A stretch of DNA of 55,856 bases from an uncultured Rhodospirillaceae bacterium (GCA_964585785.1 CAZPFL010000005.1:1-55856), one strand, 5' to 3'; shown: positions 42,371-53,229, numbered from the stretch's first letter. Made by a program: numbers and translations. Notes: a model not told the origin generated them from the sequence alone.

Positions 42371-43123
42371 ATGCGCCAACGAAATGACGCGCTGATCCAT
42401 GAGTTGATGCCGGCGCCGTATGCGCTCAATCGAGCCGCGGCACAGGCCGTCGCCTGCGCGCTCGCCGTTTGGGCCATGGCAATGACGCTCTTTTCCTCGG
42501 CCCTGCCGGCGCTGATTGCGGAACTAATCTTCGGCGGCGTCGTGTTCTTCGTGCTCGCCGGCTTTGCCCGGCTGCGACCGCGTCCGGCGTTCGGGACGGC
42601 GAACGGCATAACACTCTTTCGGTCGGCCTTGATCGCGGTGCTCGCCGGCCATGCCATCGAGGTGCCGTCGTCCGGCGACGCCGCTTGGTGGATCGCCGTC
42701 GCGTTGGCGACAACGGCGCTGGCGCTGGATGGGGCCGACGGCTGGGTGGCGCGGCGCGATCGCACCGCGAGCGCGTTCGGTGCGCGCTTCGACATGGAGG
42801 TCGACGCGCTGGCCGCCCTCGTCCTCGCGGCCGTGCTCTGGCAGTCGGGCCGGATGGGGGGATGGATCCTGCTGATCGGCCTGCTCCGCTATCTCTTCGT
42901 CCTCGCCGGATGGGCATTCCCGTCGATGCGGCGCCCACTGCCGCCGAGCCAGAGACGTCGCGTCGTTTGTGCGCTGCAGGGTGTGTTGCTCGCCGCCTGT
43001 CTCGTCCCCGCCTGGCCGGCCGGGGTCGCCGCCGCGCTAGGCGCGCTCGCACTGGCCATGACATCGCTGTCCTTTCTGGCCGACACAGTCTGGCTGGTTC
43101 GTCGCCGGTGGGAGCCCGCCTAG
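42371..43123 (+). CDS. CDP-alcohol phosphatidyltransferase family protein
   Basis: ANGITLFR and signature DGADGWVARR..TASAFGARFDMEVD. Confidence 0.9.
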   Translation: MRQRNDALIHELMPAPYALNRAAAQAVACALAVWAMAMTLFSSALPALIAELIFGGVVFFVLAGFARLRPRPAFGTANGITLFRSALIAVLAGHAIEVPSSGDAAWWIAVALATTALALDGADGWVARRDRTASAFGARFDMEVDALAALVLAAVLWQSGRMGGWILLIGLLRYLFVLAGWAFPSMRRPLPPSQRRRVVCALQGVLLAACLVPAWPAGVAAALGALALAMTSLSFLADTVWLVRRRWEPA

Positions 43124-43142
43124 GCAGCTTCCGCCACGGACG

Positions 43143-43244
43143 CGGAAATATCTGCCGGAATTGGCTTTTTCTGCCGCGCCAATTTTCCGTCACGGTCCGA
43201 TCTTCCGCCGCGAATTGGCGCTGGCGCCATGGCACGCTCCTTGC
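43143..43244 (+). promoter_or_regulatory. Sigma54 promoter with upstream ftr-like enhancer repeats
   Basis: TGGCACGCTCCTTGC (43230-43244) is an exact TGGCACG-N4-TTGC; CGGAAATATCTGCCG (43143), TGGCTTTTTCTGCCG (43162), CGCGCCAATTTTCCG (43175). Confidence 0.75.
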
Positions 43245-43276
43245 GTTTCATGGTCCGCAAGCACAGCCACGAGCGC

Positions 43277-44248
43277 ATGTCGTATCCAGTCACGACCACC
43301 ACCGCTGCCCACCCGTCCCCCGCCGCGACCGCCGTGCCGTGGACCGGATACGAGGACGATCTCTACGCCGAGGGCAACAGCTTCGCCGGGCCGGAAAATG
43401 ACACGGATACCGAGATCAAGGCGCTTTTCGGCAAGGACGGGTTCACTTTCAAAGACTTCCTCGACATCATCAACCCGCTGCAACACCTGCCGGTGGTCGG
43501 CACGATTTATCGCGCCCTAACCGGCGATAAGCTCGAGCCGGGGCCACGGATCATCGGCGGAACATTGTTCGGCGGGATCGGCGGCTTCGTCTCCTCGCTC
43601 GTTAACGCCGTCGTCGAGGACGAGACCGGCTCGGACATCGGCGACAAGGCGCTGGCGCTCTTGACGGGAAACAGCGCCGAGGGAACCGCGGTCGCGGAAA
43701 ACGACACGGCGGCGGTCGCCAAATCGGCGGCGCCCGGAGCAGCGACCGCAGCACCCCCGGCGACCACAGCGACCACGACGATGTACAAAGCCAAGCCGGA
43801 CGCATTGGCCGCCGCCGCGCCGCAGACGCTGCCGATCCACGCCGGCCCGCCGACGAAACAGGACGAGCTTGCCGCGCGGGTCGCCGACGCCAAGACGGGA
43901 CAATCGGGCAGCGAAGATCCGACCGAGGCGCTGATTCGCGCACGCGCCGCCGTTCCGGCGCTCCGGCAGCCAATGTTCAGAGGCGTGCCGCCCGCCACGG
44001 CGCATGCGGCGGTCCGCCGAGCCTCTCGACCGACGACGTCACTCGCGCTGGCAAATACCGCACCCCATGAGGGGTCCGGGTCGGACACCGCCGCATCGGG
44101 CGGCGCAGGCACATCCGCGACAAAGGCCGCCGGGGCGTCGCCGCTCGCGCCGTCACCCGACGTCGCCACCATGATGCGCGACGCGCTCGACAAATACGAA
44201 GCATTGATGAAAAAGCGCACCGCCCCTAGCATTTCGGCCGAGTTCTGA
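43277..44248 (+). CDS. Hypothetical protein with a folded-looking N-terminal motif and an Ala/Pro/Thr-rich tail
   Basis: FKDFLDIINPLQHLPVVGTIYRALTGD...GGTLFGG; start moved to ATG 43277 because ATG 43229 lies inside the sigma54 site. Confidence 0.75.
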   Translation: MSYPVTTTTAAHPSPAATAVPWTGYEDDLYAEGNSFAGPENDTDTEIKALFGKDGFTFKDFLDIINPLQHLPVVGTIYRALTGDKLEPGPRIIGGTLFGGIGGFVSSLVNAVVEDETGSDIGDKALALLTGNSAEGTAVAENDTAAVAKSAAPGAATAAPPATTATTTMYKAKPDALAAAAPQTLPIHAGPPTKQDELAARVADAKTGQSGSEDPTEALIRARAAVPALRQPMFRGVPPATAHAAVRRASRPTTSLALANTAPHEGSGSDTAASGGAGTSATKAAGASPLAPSPDVATMMRDALDKYEALMKKRTAPSISAEF

Positions 44249-44295
44249 GCCCACTGCGGCGAAGCGCGCGGGATCGGCAAAGGCGGCTGCAAGAC

Positions 44296-44802
44296 ATGGA
44301 TATCGAGGTCTTTCCCGACAACAGACTCGTTCTCGGCGCGCGCAGCTTCCGTTGCGCGCTCGGCGCCTCCGGCGTGACGCGATCGAAACGTGAAGGCGAC
44401 AAGGCAACGCCCGCCGGGCGGTTTTCATTACGTCGCGTCCTTTATCGTCCCGACCGCCTCGCGGCGCCCGAAACCACCCTCCCGCTCAGCCCCTTGCAGC
44501 CGCAGGACGGCTGGTGCGACGCGCCCGACGACGCGCATTACAACCAGCCGGTCGTCCTGCCCTACGAGGCGAGTCACGAGCGGCTGTGGCGGGACGATCA
44601 CGTCTACGACATCATCGTCGTGCTGGGATACAACGACGCGCCGGCCGTTCCGGGCAAGGGCAGCGCGATCTTCATGCATGTCGCCCGGCCGGACTATGTT
44701 CCGACGGAAGGCTGCATCGCGCTGACGCTTCAGGACCTCAAGACGGTGCTCGCCCAGTGCCGGCCGGGCGATTGCGTCCACGTCCACGCGGCGGAAGCGT
44801 AA
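44296..44802 (+). CDS. L,D-transpeptidase (YkuD) family protein
   Basis: KREGDKATPAG, GSAIFMH...PTEGCIAL. Confidence 0.9.
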   Translation: MDIEVFPDNRLVLGARSFRCALGASGVTRSKREGDKATPAGRFSLRRVLYRPDRLAAPETTLPLSPLQPQDGWCDAPDDAHYNQPVVLPYEASHERLWRDDHVYDIIVVLGYNDAPAVPGKGSAIFMHVARPDYVPTEGCIALTLQDLKTVLAQCRPGDCVHVHAAEA

Positions 44803-44826
44803 GCGGAGGAGCCGCCGCGCCGGCGG

Positions 44827-45501
44827 TCAATTGCGGTGACCGAAGATCGCGGTGCCGACCCGGACATAGGTCGCGCCGAAGGCGATCGCGACGGGATAAT
44901 CGGCCGACATGCCCATGCTGAGCTGGGCCAAGCCGTGCCGGCGGGCGATCTCGCGCAGCAGCGCGAAATGCAAGGACGGCTCTTCGTCGACCGGCGGAAC
45001 GCACATCAGGCCGATGATGGGAAGCTTGAGGTCTTCGATGCATTCCCGGATGAACGCGTCGGCCTGATCCGGCAGGACGCCGGCTTTTTGCGGCTCCGCG
45101 CCGGTGTTGACCTGGATGAAGCAGTCGCGCCGGAGCCCGGTTTTCTCCAATTCGTGGACCAGCGCGTGCGCAAGCTTCGGCCGGTCGACCGTCTCGATCA
45201 CATCGAACAGCTCGACCGCCTTGCCGACCTTATTGGTCTGCAGGGGGCCGATAAGGTGAAGCCGGATGTCCGGCTGCGTGGCGCGCAGCGCCGGCCATTT
45301 GTGCTCGGCTTCCTGGACCCGGTTCTCGCCGAAGACCCGCTGACCCGCGGCGATCGCCATGGCGACGCGATCCGCCGGCATCGTCTTGCTGACGGCGACA
45401 AGGGTAACATCCGCCGGGTCGCGCCCGGCCTCCCGCGCCGTTTCTTCGATCCGCGCCCGAACCCGCCGAAGGTTCTGCGCAACGTCGAGGACTTCGCTCA
45501 T
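44827..45501 (-). CDS. yggS: YggS-family PLP homeostasis protein
   Basis: LVAVSKT, FGENRVQE, HLIGPLQTNK, LSMGMSAD, VRVGTAIFG. Confidence 0.96.
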   Translation of the reverse strand: MSEVLDVAQNLRRVRARIEETAREAGRDPADVTLVAVSKTMPADRVAMAIAAGQRVFGENRVQEAEHKWPALRATQPDIRLHLIGPLQTNKVGKAVELFDVIETVDRPKLAHALVHELEKTGLRRDCFIQVNTGAEPQKAGVLPDQADAFIRECIEDLKLPIIGLMCVPPVDEEPSLHFALLREIARRHGLAQLSMGMSADYPVAIAFGATYVRVGTAIFGHRN

Positions 45502-45773
45502 GCTACCGAGGCCGCCTGCCTATACGGTGTTGTTTTCATTGAAAAGGGAACGCGTAAATTCCCATCAGGGCTGCTGCCTAAACGTCACAATACTAAAGAT
45601 TCGCATCCGAAACACCCTTTCCACCAAGTATTGATTTATATATTTTTGGCCCGACATGCTAAAAGGCGGGAACTGAGTAGTCTCTTGCATGCGGATGGGG
45701 CTGATTTCGCCGCTCGTGAAGGTATGGTGGCTCGCTCGATTTGGTGTAAGGACGACAAAGGAATCAGATACCT

Positions 45774-46631
45774 TTGAAGACTCTGACCACCACTGTTAAT
45801 GGCTCTGCGGTTTTGGCGCCGTTCCGGTTCCGAAAGCGTGTTGCTGTAGCCATGACGGGCATGGCGGTCGCGGCCATCGCGATGGCGATTACGGCGGGGC
45901 CCGCGTCCGCAGGGTCGAAGGGCGCATCCGCGTCTCCGGCCAGTGACGATCATTACCAGGTCTATATTGGCGATCCGGTCCATTCGTTCGGTTCAGGCAG
46001 CTCCTCCGACGCGCTGAACGGCGATTGGGGAAGCCTGCAGTTGGCCGAGCCGGGGCGGATAACGCCCGCCGGCCAGTTCCGGTCGCCGTCGCTGAACGGC
46101 GCCGCGGCAGGGACGGGCATCACCTATTTCACGCCAAGCGTTTCCGGCGTGCGGGTCGGCGTCGGCTTCCTCGCCTCGCCGCAAGAAGGGGCGCGGGATA
46201 CCAAGAGCAGCGCGCAATACAGCAGCCTTGGTCCGCGCGTTGCGCAGCCGCACGACGGAGCGGGCAACTGGCAGGTCGGCGGCAAGGTCGGTTATTCGGG
46301 ACTCGAGATCGGCGCGAATATCGGCGACCACACCGATCCGACCTGTGAGTCAGGTGCGTCGTGCAAAAAGAATGATTTCTGGGATATCGGCGTCGCGCTC
46401 CGCATCGGTTCGGGCGCCATCGGGGCGGGGTATACCGCCTCGCAGCCGCGCACCCCGCGCGCCGACGACGTGAGCCGTATCGATGTCTTTTCGCTGAATG
46501 CCGGCTATAGGGTTCATTCGCGCCTGGACATCTATGGCGGGGTCGATTGGATCGACCTCCACAACAACAGCGATACGACCGAAGCGCCGCTTGATACGCG
46601 CTTCATGCTGGGAACCAATCTGCGCTTCTAA
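45774..46631 (+). CDS. Outer-membrane porin-like beta-barrel protein
   Basis: Signal peptide, ITYFTPSVSGVRVGV, amphipathic strands, C-terminal Phe (GTNLRF); start uncertain (45774 or 45852). Confidence 0.75.
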   Translation: MKTLTTTVNGSAVLAPFRFRKRVAVAMTGMAVAAIAMAITAGPASAGSKGASASPASDDHYQVYIGDPVHSFGSGSSSDALNGDWGSLQLAEPGRITPAGQFRSPSLNGAAAGTGITYFTPSVSGVRVGVGFLASPQEGARDTKSSAQYSSLGPRVAQPHDGAGNWQVGGKVGYSGLEIGANIGDHTDPTCESGASCKKNDFWDIGVALRIGSGAIGAGYTASQPRTPRADDVSRIDVFSLNAGYRVHSRLDIYGGVDWIDLHNNSDTTEAPLDTRFMLGTNLRF

Positions 46632-46748
46632 ACGCGCGCCGGGAAGACGTATAACCTTCGCTCCATGCTGCGACATTCTTGCCCGGCCAATCCCGGCCCC
46701 TTAGAAAGCGCTGGAACTCCGTTACAGTTTTCCGGCATATAGACGGCT

Positions 46749-47264
46749 ATGGCGATCCGCAGTCCTTATTTCTTGCCGGCGATCCTTGGCGCGACCGCGC
46801 TTATTCTCGCCGGGTGCGCGTCGAAGCAGGCGGAGCCGGAGCCCCGGGAGGTTGTGGCCAATTCCCCCGGGGGGAATGGCGGCCTGCTGGATGGGCTTAT
46901 CGGCTCGGTCGCGGGCGGCGGCGGGCACAGCGGCGAGAACATCACCGTCAACAGCTACCTCTGGCGGGCATCCCTCGACACGATTTCCTTCCTGCCCCTG
47001 AGCACCGCCGACCCGTTCGGCGGCGTGATCATCACCGATTGGTACAGCCCGCCGGAATCGCCGAACGAGCGGTTCAAGGTGACGGTGTATATTCTCGATC
47101 GTGAATTGCGGGCGGACGGGCTACGGGTGGCGGTTTTCCGCCAGACACGCACGCCATCGAGCGCCTGGGTCGAGGCGAAGGTCGACGACCGGACGGCGCG
47201 CGATCTCGAAAACGCGATCTTGAAGCGGGCGCGGCAAATGCGTATTCGTGGCGGCGCGGGCTAG
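46749..47264 (+). CDS. DUF3576 lipoprotein
   Basis: Lipobox LAGC; [33 protein letters not shown]. Confidence 0.9.
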   Translation: MAIRSPYFLPAILGATALILAGCASKQAEPEPREVVANSPGGNGGLLDGLIGSVAGGGGHSGENITVNSYLWRASLDTISFLPLSTADPFGGVIITDWYSPPESPNERFKVTVYILDRELRADGLRVAVFRQTRTPSSAWVEAKVDDRTARDLENAILKRARQMRIRGGAG

Positions 47265-47359
47265 ACTTCGAGAAAGGGTCTAGCGACGGCCTGACGTCGG
47301 ACCGCCGTGTCAGCCACCGCTATGCCCTTTTCACTCGTCCGTGCCGGATACCGCGAGAC

Positions 47360-49927
47360 ATGAGCCGCTATAACTTCAAAGAAACCGAGTCCAAATGGCA
47401 ACGCGTCTGGACGGAGCGCCGTTGCTTCGAAGCGCGCGAGGATTCCGACCGTCCGAAATACTATGCCCTTGAAATGTTTCCCTATCCATCCGGACGGATT
47501 CACATGGGGCATGTCCGTAACTACACGCTCGGCGATGTTGTCGCCCGCTACAAACGGGCGCGTGGGTTCAACGTTCTCCACCCGATGGGATGGGATTCCT
47601 TCGGCCTGCCGGCCGAAAACGCGGCGATGGAGAACAAGGTTCACCCGGCGAAGTGGACCCGTGAAAACATCGCCGCCATGCGCGCGCAGTTTCAGTCGAT
47701 GGGCCTTTCGCTCGACTGGAGCCGCGAGCTGTCGACCTGCGAGCCCAACTACTACCGGCACGGACAGCATATCTTCCTCGACTTCCTCGAGGCCGGGCTC
47801 GCCTATCAACGGGAGTCGTGGGTCAACTGGGACCCGGTCGAGAACTCGGTCCTGGCGAACGAGCAGGTGATCGACGGCAAGGGCTGGCGCACCGGCGCAC
47901 CAGTCGAAAAACGCTTGCTGAAGCAATGGTTTCTCAAGATAACCGAATTTTCGGACGCCTTGCTGGAGGGCCTCGAGACACTTGAGCGGTGGCCGGAGAA
48001 GGTACGGCTGATGCAGCATAACTGGATCGGCCGCTCGGAGGGTGCGCACATCCAGTTCCAGCTCAAGGAGCGAAGCGACCGCCTCGAGGTCTTTACCACG
48101 CGGCCCGATACGCTCTTCGGCGCGTCTTTCTGCGCGATTGCCGCGAATCACCCGCTCGCCCAGTCACTGGCGAAGAATGACCCCCTGCTCAAGGATTTCA
48201 TCGCCGAGTGCAACCGCATGGGCACGAGCGAGGAAGTGCTGGAAACCGCGGAAAAGCGCGGCCGCGACACCGGCCTCAAGGCGCTTCATCCATTCGTCGC
48301 GGGCAAGGAGCTGCCGGTCTATGTCGCGAATTTCGTGCTCATGGAGTACGGCACCGGCGCCATCTTCGGCTGTCCCGGCCACGATCAGCGCGACCTCGAC
48401 TTCGCGCGGAAATATGGCCTGCCGGTGGTTCCCGTTGTCGCGCCGCGCGACATCGACCCGGCGACCTTCACGATCGGCGATACCGCCTATGTCGAAGACG
48501 GCGTCGTCATCAACTCGGACTTTCTCAACGGCCTCGACGTGCCCGCGGCGAAACGCGCGGCCATCGACCGGTTGGCCGCGCAGGGCGACGGCCAATCGGC
48601 GATTACCTATCGGCTGCGCGACTGGGGTGTTTCCCGCCAGCGCTATTGGGGGTGCCCGATCCCCGTGATCCATTGCCCGAGCTGCGGCGTCGTGCCCGTG
48701 CCGGTGAAAGATCTGCCGGTGCTGCTCCCCGACGACGTCACCTTCGATGCGCCCGGCAATCCGCTCGCGCGCCATCCCACATGGAAAAATGTCGCCTGTC
48801 CGACCTGCGGCGGCGCGGCCGAGCGTGAGACCGACACCTGCGACACATTCTTCGATTCGTCCTGGTATTTCCTGCGCTATTGCTCGCCGCAAGACGCCGA
48901 CCAGCCGTTTGCGCGCGCCGCGGTCGACTATTGGATGCCGGTTGATCAGTATATCGGTGGGATCGAACACGCCGTCCTGCACCTGCTGTATTCCCGCTTC
49001 TTCGCGCGGGCGCTGCGGCGCTGCGGTCAGCTCGGTCTCGACGAGCCTTTCGCCGGCCTGTTCACCCAAGGCATGGTCTGTCACGAGACCTATCGCGACC
49101 CGCGGGGCCGCTGGCTCTTTCCCGCCGAGGTTAAGGCCGGCGACGGCGGTTCTTTCGTCGACGCCAAGACAGGCAATCCGGTCGTGCGCGGACGCTCGGA
49201 GAAAATGAGCAAGTCGAAGAAGAACGTGGTCGATCCGGAAGCGATCATCGGCGCCTACGGCGCCGATACCGCGCGCATCTACATGCTGTCAGACAGCCCG
49301 CCGGAACGCGATCTCGAATGGACGGAAGCGGGCATCGAAGGCGCCTGGCGCTATGTCAACCGACTGTGGCGCATGTTTACCGAGAGTCCGGGAGCGATCG
49401 CGCCGCTCGGCACGCCGCAGCCGGCAGCGCTCGGCAATGTGGCGGACAAAGCGGCGCGCGCGATCAACCGAACCGTGGCGGATGTCAGCGCGGATCTCGA
49501 CAAGTTCCACTTCAACCGCGCGGTCGCCCGCATTCGCGAGTTGACGAACCAGTTGGAGGCGCTGCAGGGCGACGACGCGGACATCGCCTGGGCGCGGCGG
49601 GCCGGGCTCGAGGCGATCGCGCAGCTGATTGGCCCGATCATGCCGCACCTGGCCGAGGAGCTGTGGCAACAGCTCGGTCATTCGGATCTGCTTGCCGAAA
49701 CGCCTTGGCCGGACTTCGACGAAGCCATGCTCGCGGCCGAATCGGTCACCATTGCCGTCCAGGTCAACGGCAAGCTGCGGGGAAAGATCATGCTTCCGCC
49801 GGATACGGCGCAGGCCGAGGCGGAAAGCGAAGCGCTTGCGCTCGAGAACGTGCAGCGCGCCATGGGCGGGCGGGCGCCGCGAAAGGTGATCGTCGTGCCC
49901 AACAAGGTGATCAATGTGGTCGTATAG
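47360..49927 (+). CDS. leuS: Leucine--tRNA ligase
   Basis: [28 protein letters not shown]. Confidence 0.98.
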   Translation: MSRYNFKETESKWQRVWTERRCFEAREDSDRPKYYALEMFPYPSGRIHMGHVRNYTLGDVVARYKRARGFNVLHPMGWDSFGLPAENAAMENKVHPAKWTRENIAAMRAQFQSMGLSLDWSRELSTCEPNYYRHGQHIFLDFLEAGLAYQRESWVNWDPVENSVLANEQVIDGKGWRTGAPVEKRLLKQWFLKITEFSDALLEGLETLERWPEKVRLMQHNWIGRSEGAHIQFQLKERSDRLEVFTTRPDTLFGASFCAIAANHPLAQSLAKNDPLLKDFIAECNRMGTSEEVLETAEKRGRDTGLKALHPFVAGKELPVYVANFVLMEYGTGAIFGCPGHDQRDLDFARKYGLPVVPVVAPRDIDPATFTIGDTAYVEDGVVINSDFLNGLDVPAAKRAAIDRLAAQGDGQSAITYRLRDWGVSRQRYWGCPIPVIHCPSCGVVPVPVKDLPVLLPDDVTFDAPGNPLARHPTWKNVACPTCGGAAERETDTCDTFFDSSWYFLRYCSPQDADQPFARAAVDYWMPVDQYIGGIEHAVLHLLYSRFFARALRRCGQLGLDEPFAGLFTQGMVCHETYRDPRGRWLFPAEVKAGDGGSFVDAKTGNPVVRGRSEKMSKSKKNVVDPEAIIGAYGADTARIYMLSDSPPERDLEWTEAGIEGAWRYVNRLWRMFTESPGAIAPLGTPQPAALGNVADKAARAINRTVADVSADLDKFHFNRAVARIRELTNQLEALQGDDADIAWARRAGLEAIAQLIGPIMPHLAEELWQQLGHSDLLAETPWPDFDEAMLAAESVTIAVQVNGKLRGKIMLPPDTAQAEAESEALALENVQRAMGGRAPRKVIVVPNKVINVVV

Positions 49928-50444
49928 GCGACTGGCTCCCCTGCTCTTCGCCGCAGCGTTGACGGCCTGCGGCTTTCATCCCCTTTACATGAAGGACACT
50001 GCCAACGTCGCGGGCGTGACCGACGATCTTGCGCGGGTCAAGATTGCCACCGTCCGGGCGGCGGATCGGGAGTTCGACCGGCTGGGTCAGCAGATGCACA
50101 GCTTGTTGGTTCAACGTCTTAATCCGGACGGCACGCCCGCCAATCCGCGCTATCGGCTTGAATGCGACATGAGCGTTCAACGGGAACGCACCGGCATCCA
50201 GATCACCGAGGAAGCGACGCGCGCGCGCCTGACCGTTTCGGTCAACTTCCGCCTGATGCCCGCTGCCGGAAAGAATGTGCTTTATTCCGGCTCGGAACTA
50301 TCGGTGAATTCCTACAATATTGCCGATTCGCAGTATGCCTCGATTAGCGCGGAAAACGATGCCGCGCGCCGAGCGGTACGCGAGATCAGCGAGTCGATAA
50401 AGCTGCGCCTGGGGCTCTATTTCCAGAATTTGCACCGCGGTTGA
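49914..50444 (+). CDS. lptE: LPS assembly lipoprotein LptE
   Basis: Lipobox [10 protein letters not shown]; leuS-lptE-holA synteny. Confidence 0.88.
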   Translation: MWSYRRLAPLLFAAALTACGFHPLYMKDTANVAGVTDDLARVKIATVRAADREFDRLGQQMHSLLVQRLNPDGTPANPRYRLECDMSVQRERTGIQITEEATRARLTVSVNFRLMPAAGKNVLYSGSELSVNSYNIADSQYASISAENDAARRAVREISESIKLRLGLYFQNLHRG

Positions 50445-50454
50445 GCGTGGCGTC

Positions 50455-51492
50455 GTGAAGCTGACGGGCAACAAGATCGACGCCTTCATCGCCAAGCCCG
50501 TGGCCGCGATTCGGACCGTGCTGGTGTACGGGCCCGACACCGGGCTCGTGCGCGAGCGTTCGGACGCCTTGATGCGCACCGCCGTCACCGATCTTTCCGA
50601 TCCCTTTCTCGTGGCGGAGCTTGCGGCCGAGACAGTCGTGCGGGATCCCGCCCTGCTCGCCGACGAAGCGGCGGCGATCGCGCTTACCGGGGGGCGGCGC
50701 GCGATCCGTGTTCGCGATTGCGGCGACGCGATCGCTCCAGCGGTCAAGTCGATGATGCAGCAACCCACCGGCGACAGTCTCGTCGTCCTTCAGGCAGGCG
50801 ACCTCGGGCCGCGCTCGGCGCTCCGCAAGCTGTGCGAAGACGCCGACGACGCGGCCGCCGTGCCCTGCTACGCGGACGACGCACGCGATCTCGACCGTGT
50901 CGTGCATGAAACTCTGGCGGCGGAGCATCTTAACGTCTCGCCGGAGGCGAGCGCCTATCTCGTGGCCAATCTTGGATCGGATCGGGGAATCACCCGCTCG
51001 GAGCTGCAGAAACTGGCGCTTTACGCACGCGGTCGTCAGCGGGTCGAGCTGGACGACGCCGCGGCGGTGGTCGGCGACAGCGCCGCGCTGTCGCTGGACG
51101 ATCTCTGCTACGCCGTCACCGACGGCGACATGGCCGGGCTCGACCGGGCGATGGAGCGCAGCCTGCAAGAAGGGCAGTCCGAGGTCGCCATTCTGCGCGC
51201 GGTGTCGCGGCATCTGCTCCGGCTGCAGGTGACGGTCGATCGGATGAGCCGGGGCGATTCGGCCGAGCACGCGATCAAGGCGCTTCGACCGCCGGTTTTT
51301 TTCAAGCGCGCCACGCAGTTTCGGCGGCAGGCGCAAGGCTGGCGCTCCGACCGCATCAAGCGGGCGCTCGAACTCGCGCTTTCCGCGGAAATCGGATGCA
51401 AGCGCACCGGCATGCCGGCAAGCGCGGTGTGCGGCCGTGCCTTGATGCAAATCGCGGCGCTTGCGCGGCAGGGTCAGCGCGGCCGCGATTAG
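50455..51492 (+). CDS. holA: DNA polymerase III delta subunit
   Basis: LVYGPDTGLVRER, LGSDRGITRSELQKLALY, PPVFFKR. Confidence 0.94.
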   Translation: MKLTGNKIDAFIAKPVAAIRTVLVYGPDTGLVRERSDALMRTAVTDLSDPFLVAELAAETVVRDPALLADEAAAIALTGGRRAIRVRDCGDAIAPAVKSMMQQPTGDSLVVLQAGDLGPRSALRKLCEDADDAAAVPCYADDARDLDRVVHETLAAEHLNVSPEASAYLVANLGSDRGITRSELQKLALYARGRQRVELDDAAAVVGDSAALSLDDLCYAVTDGDMAGLDRAMERSLQEGQSEVAILRAVSRHLLRLQVTVDRMSRGDSAEHAIKALRPPVFFKRATQFRRQAQGWRSDRIKRALELALSAEIGCKRTGMPASAVCGRALMQIAALARQGQRGRD

Positions 51493-51505
51493 CGCCGGCT
51501 TGGCG

Positions 51506-52402
51506 TCAGCTGTTTCCGTCGGAAAGGCGTTGCAGCAGGTCGTCGAGCTGTTCCAGCGTTTCGTAGTGAATCGCCAGCGTGCCGCCTTCCCCATGCTCTT
51601 CGATCGAGACCTTCAGGCCGATCATCGCCGCGAGGTCGCGTTCCAGGGCGGCGGTGTTGGGATCTTTCGCCTTTTTCGGCGGGCGGCCCCGCGGCCGACC
51701 GGTTGTGCCCGGCCTGCCCCGTTGCGCGAGACGTTCGGTCTGCCGCACGTTGAGCCCTTTGGCGATGGCTTCGTCAGCCAGCGCTTCCGGGTCATCGGCG
51801 GTCAGGAGCGCACGCGCATGGCCGGCGCTCAGCGTGCCGTCGCGGATGTGCTGCTTGACCGGCTCGGGCAGGGTGAGAAGGCGGAGCGTATTCGCCACAT
51901 GGCTGCGGCTCTTGCTGATCGCCTGGGCCAGCCGCTCCTGGGTATGGCCGAATTCATCGATCAGCCGGCGATAGGCTTCCGCTTCCTCAAGCGCGCTCAG
52001 ATCCTCGCGGTGCAGGTTTTCGACGAGCGCGATTTCCATCGCGTCGAGATCGCTGAAGCCGCGCACGATGACGGGGATCTCGTGCAGCTGCGCCCGCTGG
52101 GCGGCGCGCCAACGCCGTTCGCCCGCGATAATCTGGTAGCGGTCCTCCTGCCCCGGTACCGGGCGAACGAGAACCGGCTCGAGCACGCCTTTTTCCCGGA
52201 TCGACGCCGCCAGCCCTTCGAGCGCCTCGTCGTCGAATTGCTTGCGCGGCTGGTAGGGGCCGGGGCTGAGATGGCCGACAGGCGCGGTTCGGAGGCCGTC
52301 ACCGGCCGCGTCGCCGCTTTCCGGCACCTCCCCTTCCTCGCCGAACAGCGCCGAAAGGCCGCGGCCGAGACCGCGCCGTTTCCCTTCGTCCACGGCAACC
52401 AT
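51506..52402 (-). CDS. parB: Chromosome partitioning protein ParB
   Basis: RRGLGRGLSAL, QPRK.F, IIAGERRWRAA, ENLHREDL, HTH KSRSHVANTLRLL. Confidence 0.97.
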   Translation of the reverse strand: MVAVDEGKRRGLGRGLSALFGEEGEVPESGDAAGDGLRTAPVGHLSPGPYQPRKQFDDEALEGLAASIREKGVLEPVLVRPVPGQEDRYQIIAGERRWRAAQRAQLHEIPVIVRGFSDLDAMEIALVENLHREDLSALEEAEAYRRLIDEFGHTQERLAQAISKSRSHVANTLRLLTLPEPVKQHIRDGTLSAGHARALLTADDPEALADEAIAKGLNVRQTERLAQRGRPGTTGRPRGRPPKKAKDPNTAALERDLAAMIGLKVSIEEHGEGGTLAIHYETLEQLDDLLQRLSDGNS

Positions 52403-53229
52403 CAGGCGGCCACCCCTTCGCGCTTCAGTATCTCGCTCGCAAGGTGGATGTAGGCCTGGCTGCCCGGGCAACGCCAATCATACAAAAGGACTGGTTTCCC
52501 GTGGGACGGCGCCTCCGAGACGCGGACGTTGCGCGGAATGATCGTCTGATAGACCTTGTCGCCGAAATGCGCGCGCACGTCCGCGGCGACCATTTCCGAC
52601 AGGTTGTTGCGCTTGTCGAACATGGTCAGGACAACGCCGAGGATCTCGAGCGACGGGTTGAAGGCGCGGCGGACACGCTCGATCGTGCTGACCAGATGGC
52701 TCAGCCCCTCCAGGGCATAGAATTCGACCTGCAGCGGCACCAGCACCGCATCGGCGGCGCAAAGGGCATTCAGCGTGAGCAGGTTGAGCGACGGCGGACA
52801 GTCGATCAACACATAGTCGAAGTCCGACACGCACCCATAAATTGAATTTCTAAGTCTGAACTCTCTCTGATCGCGCTCGACCAGCTCGAGCTCCGCGCCG
52901 GCCAGGTGCACCGAGGACGGCACGATCGACAGGCCCGGAATGCTTGTCGGCATCACCGCCCGCTCCAGCGGCACGCCGTCCATCAGCACATGGTACGAGG
53001 TGATCTTGCGGACGGCGCGGCCGACGCCGAGCCCCGTGCTGGCGTTCCCCTGGGGGTCGAAATCGACGACCAGCACTGACTTGTGGACCGCGGCCAAGGC
53101 CGTGGCGAGGTTGACGGCCGTCGTCGTCTTGCCGACACCGCCCTTCTGGTTGGCGACGGCAACGACCCGTGGCCGTTTCCTAGGACCTGCTGCCATTTGG
53201 CCGACCTCCCGTTCCAGCAAATCATCCAC
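52402..53229 (-). CDS. parA: Chromosome partitioning ATPase ParA
   Basis: NQKGGVGKTTT, DPQGNA, DCPPSL, IPRNVRVSEAPSHG. Confidence 0.97.
   Translation of the reverse strand: MDDLLEREVGQMAAGPRKRPRVVAVANQKGGVGKTTTAVNLATALAAVHKSVLVVDFDPQGNASTGLGVGRAVRKITSYHVLMDGVPLERAVMPTSIPGLSIVPSSVHLAGAELELVERDQREFRLRNSIYGCVSDFDYVLIDCPPSLNLLTLNALCAADAVLVPLQVEFYALEGLSHLVSTIERVRRAFNPSLEILGVVLTMFDKRNNLSEMVAADVRAHFGDKVYQTIIPRNVRVSEAPSHGKPVLLYDWRCPGSQAYIHLASEILKREGVAA

Noticed and set aside
43229-43276. Longer N-terminus starting at ATG 43229
   Set aside because: That ATG is part of the sigma54 -24 element, upstream of the predicted TSS
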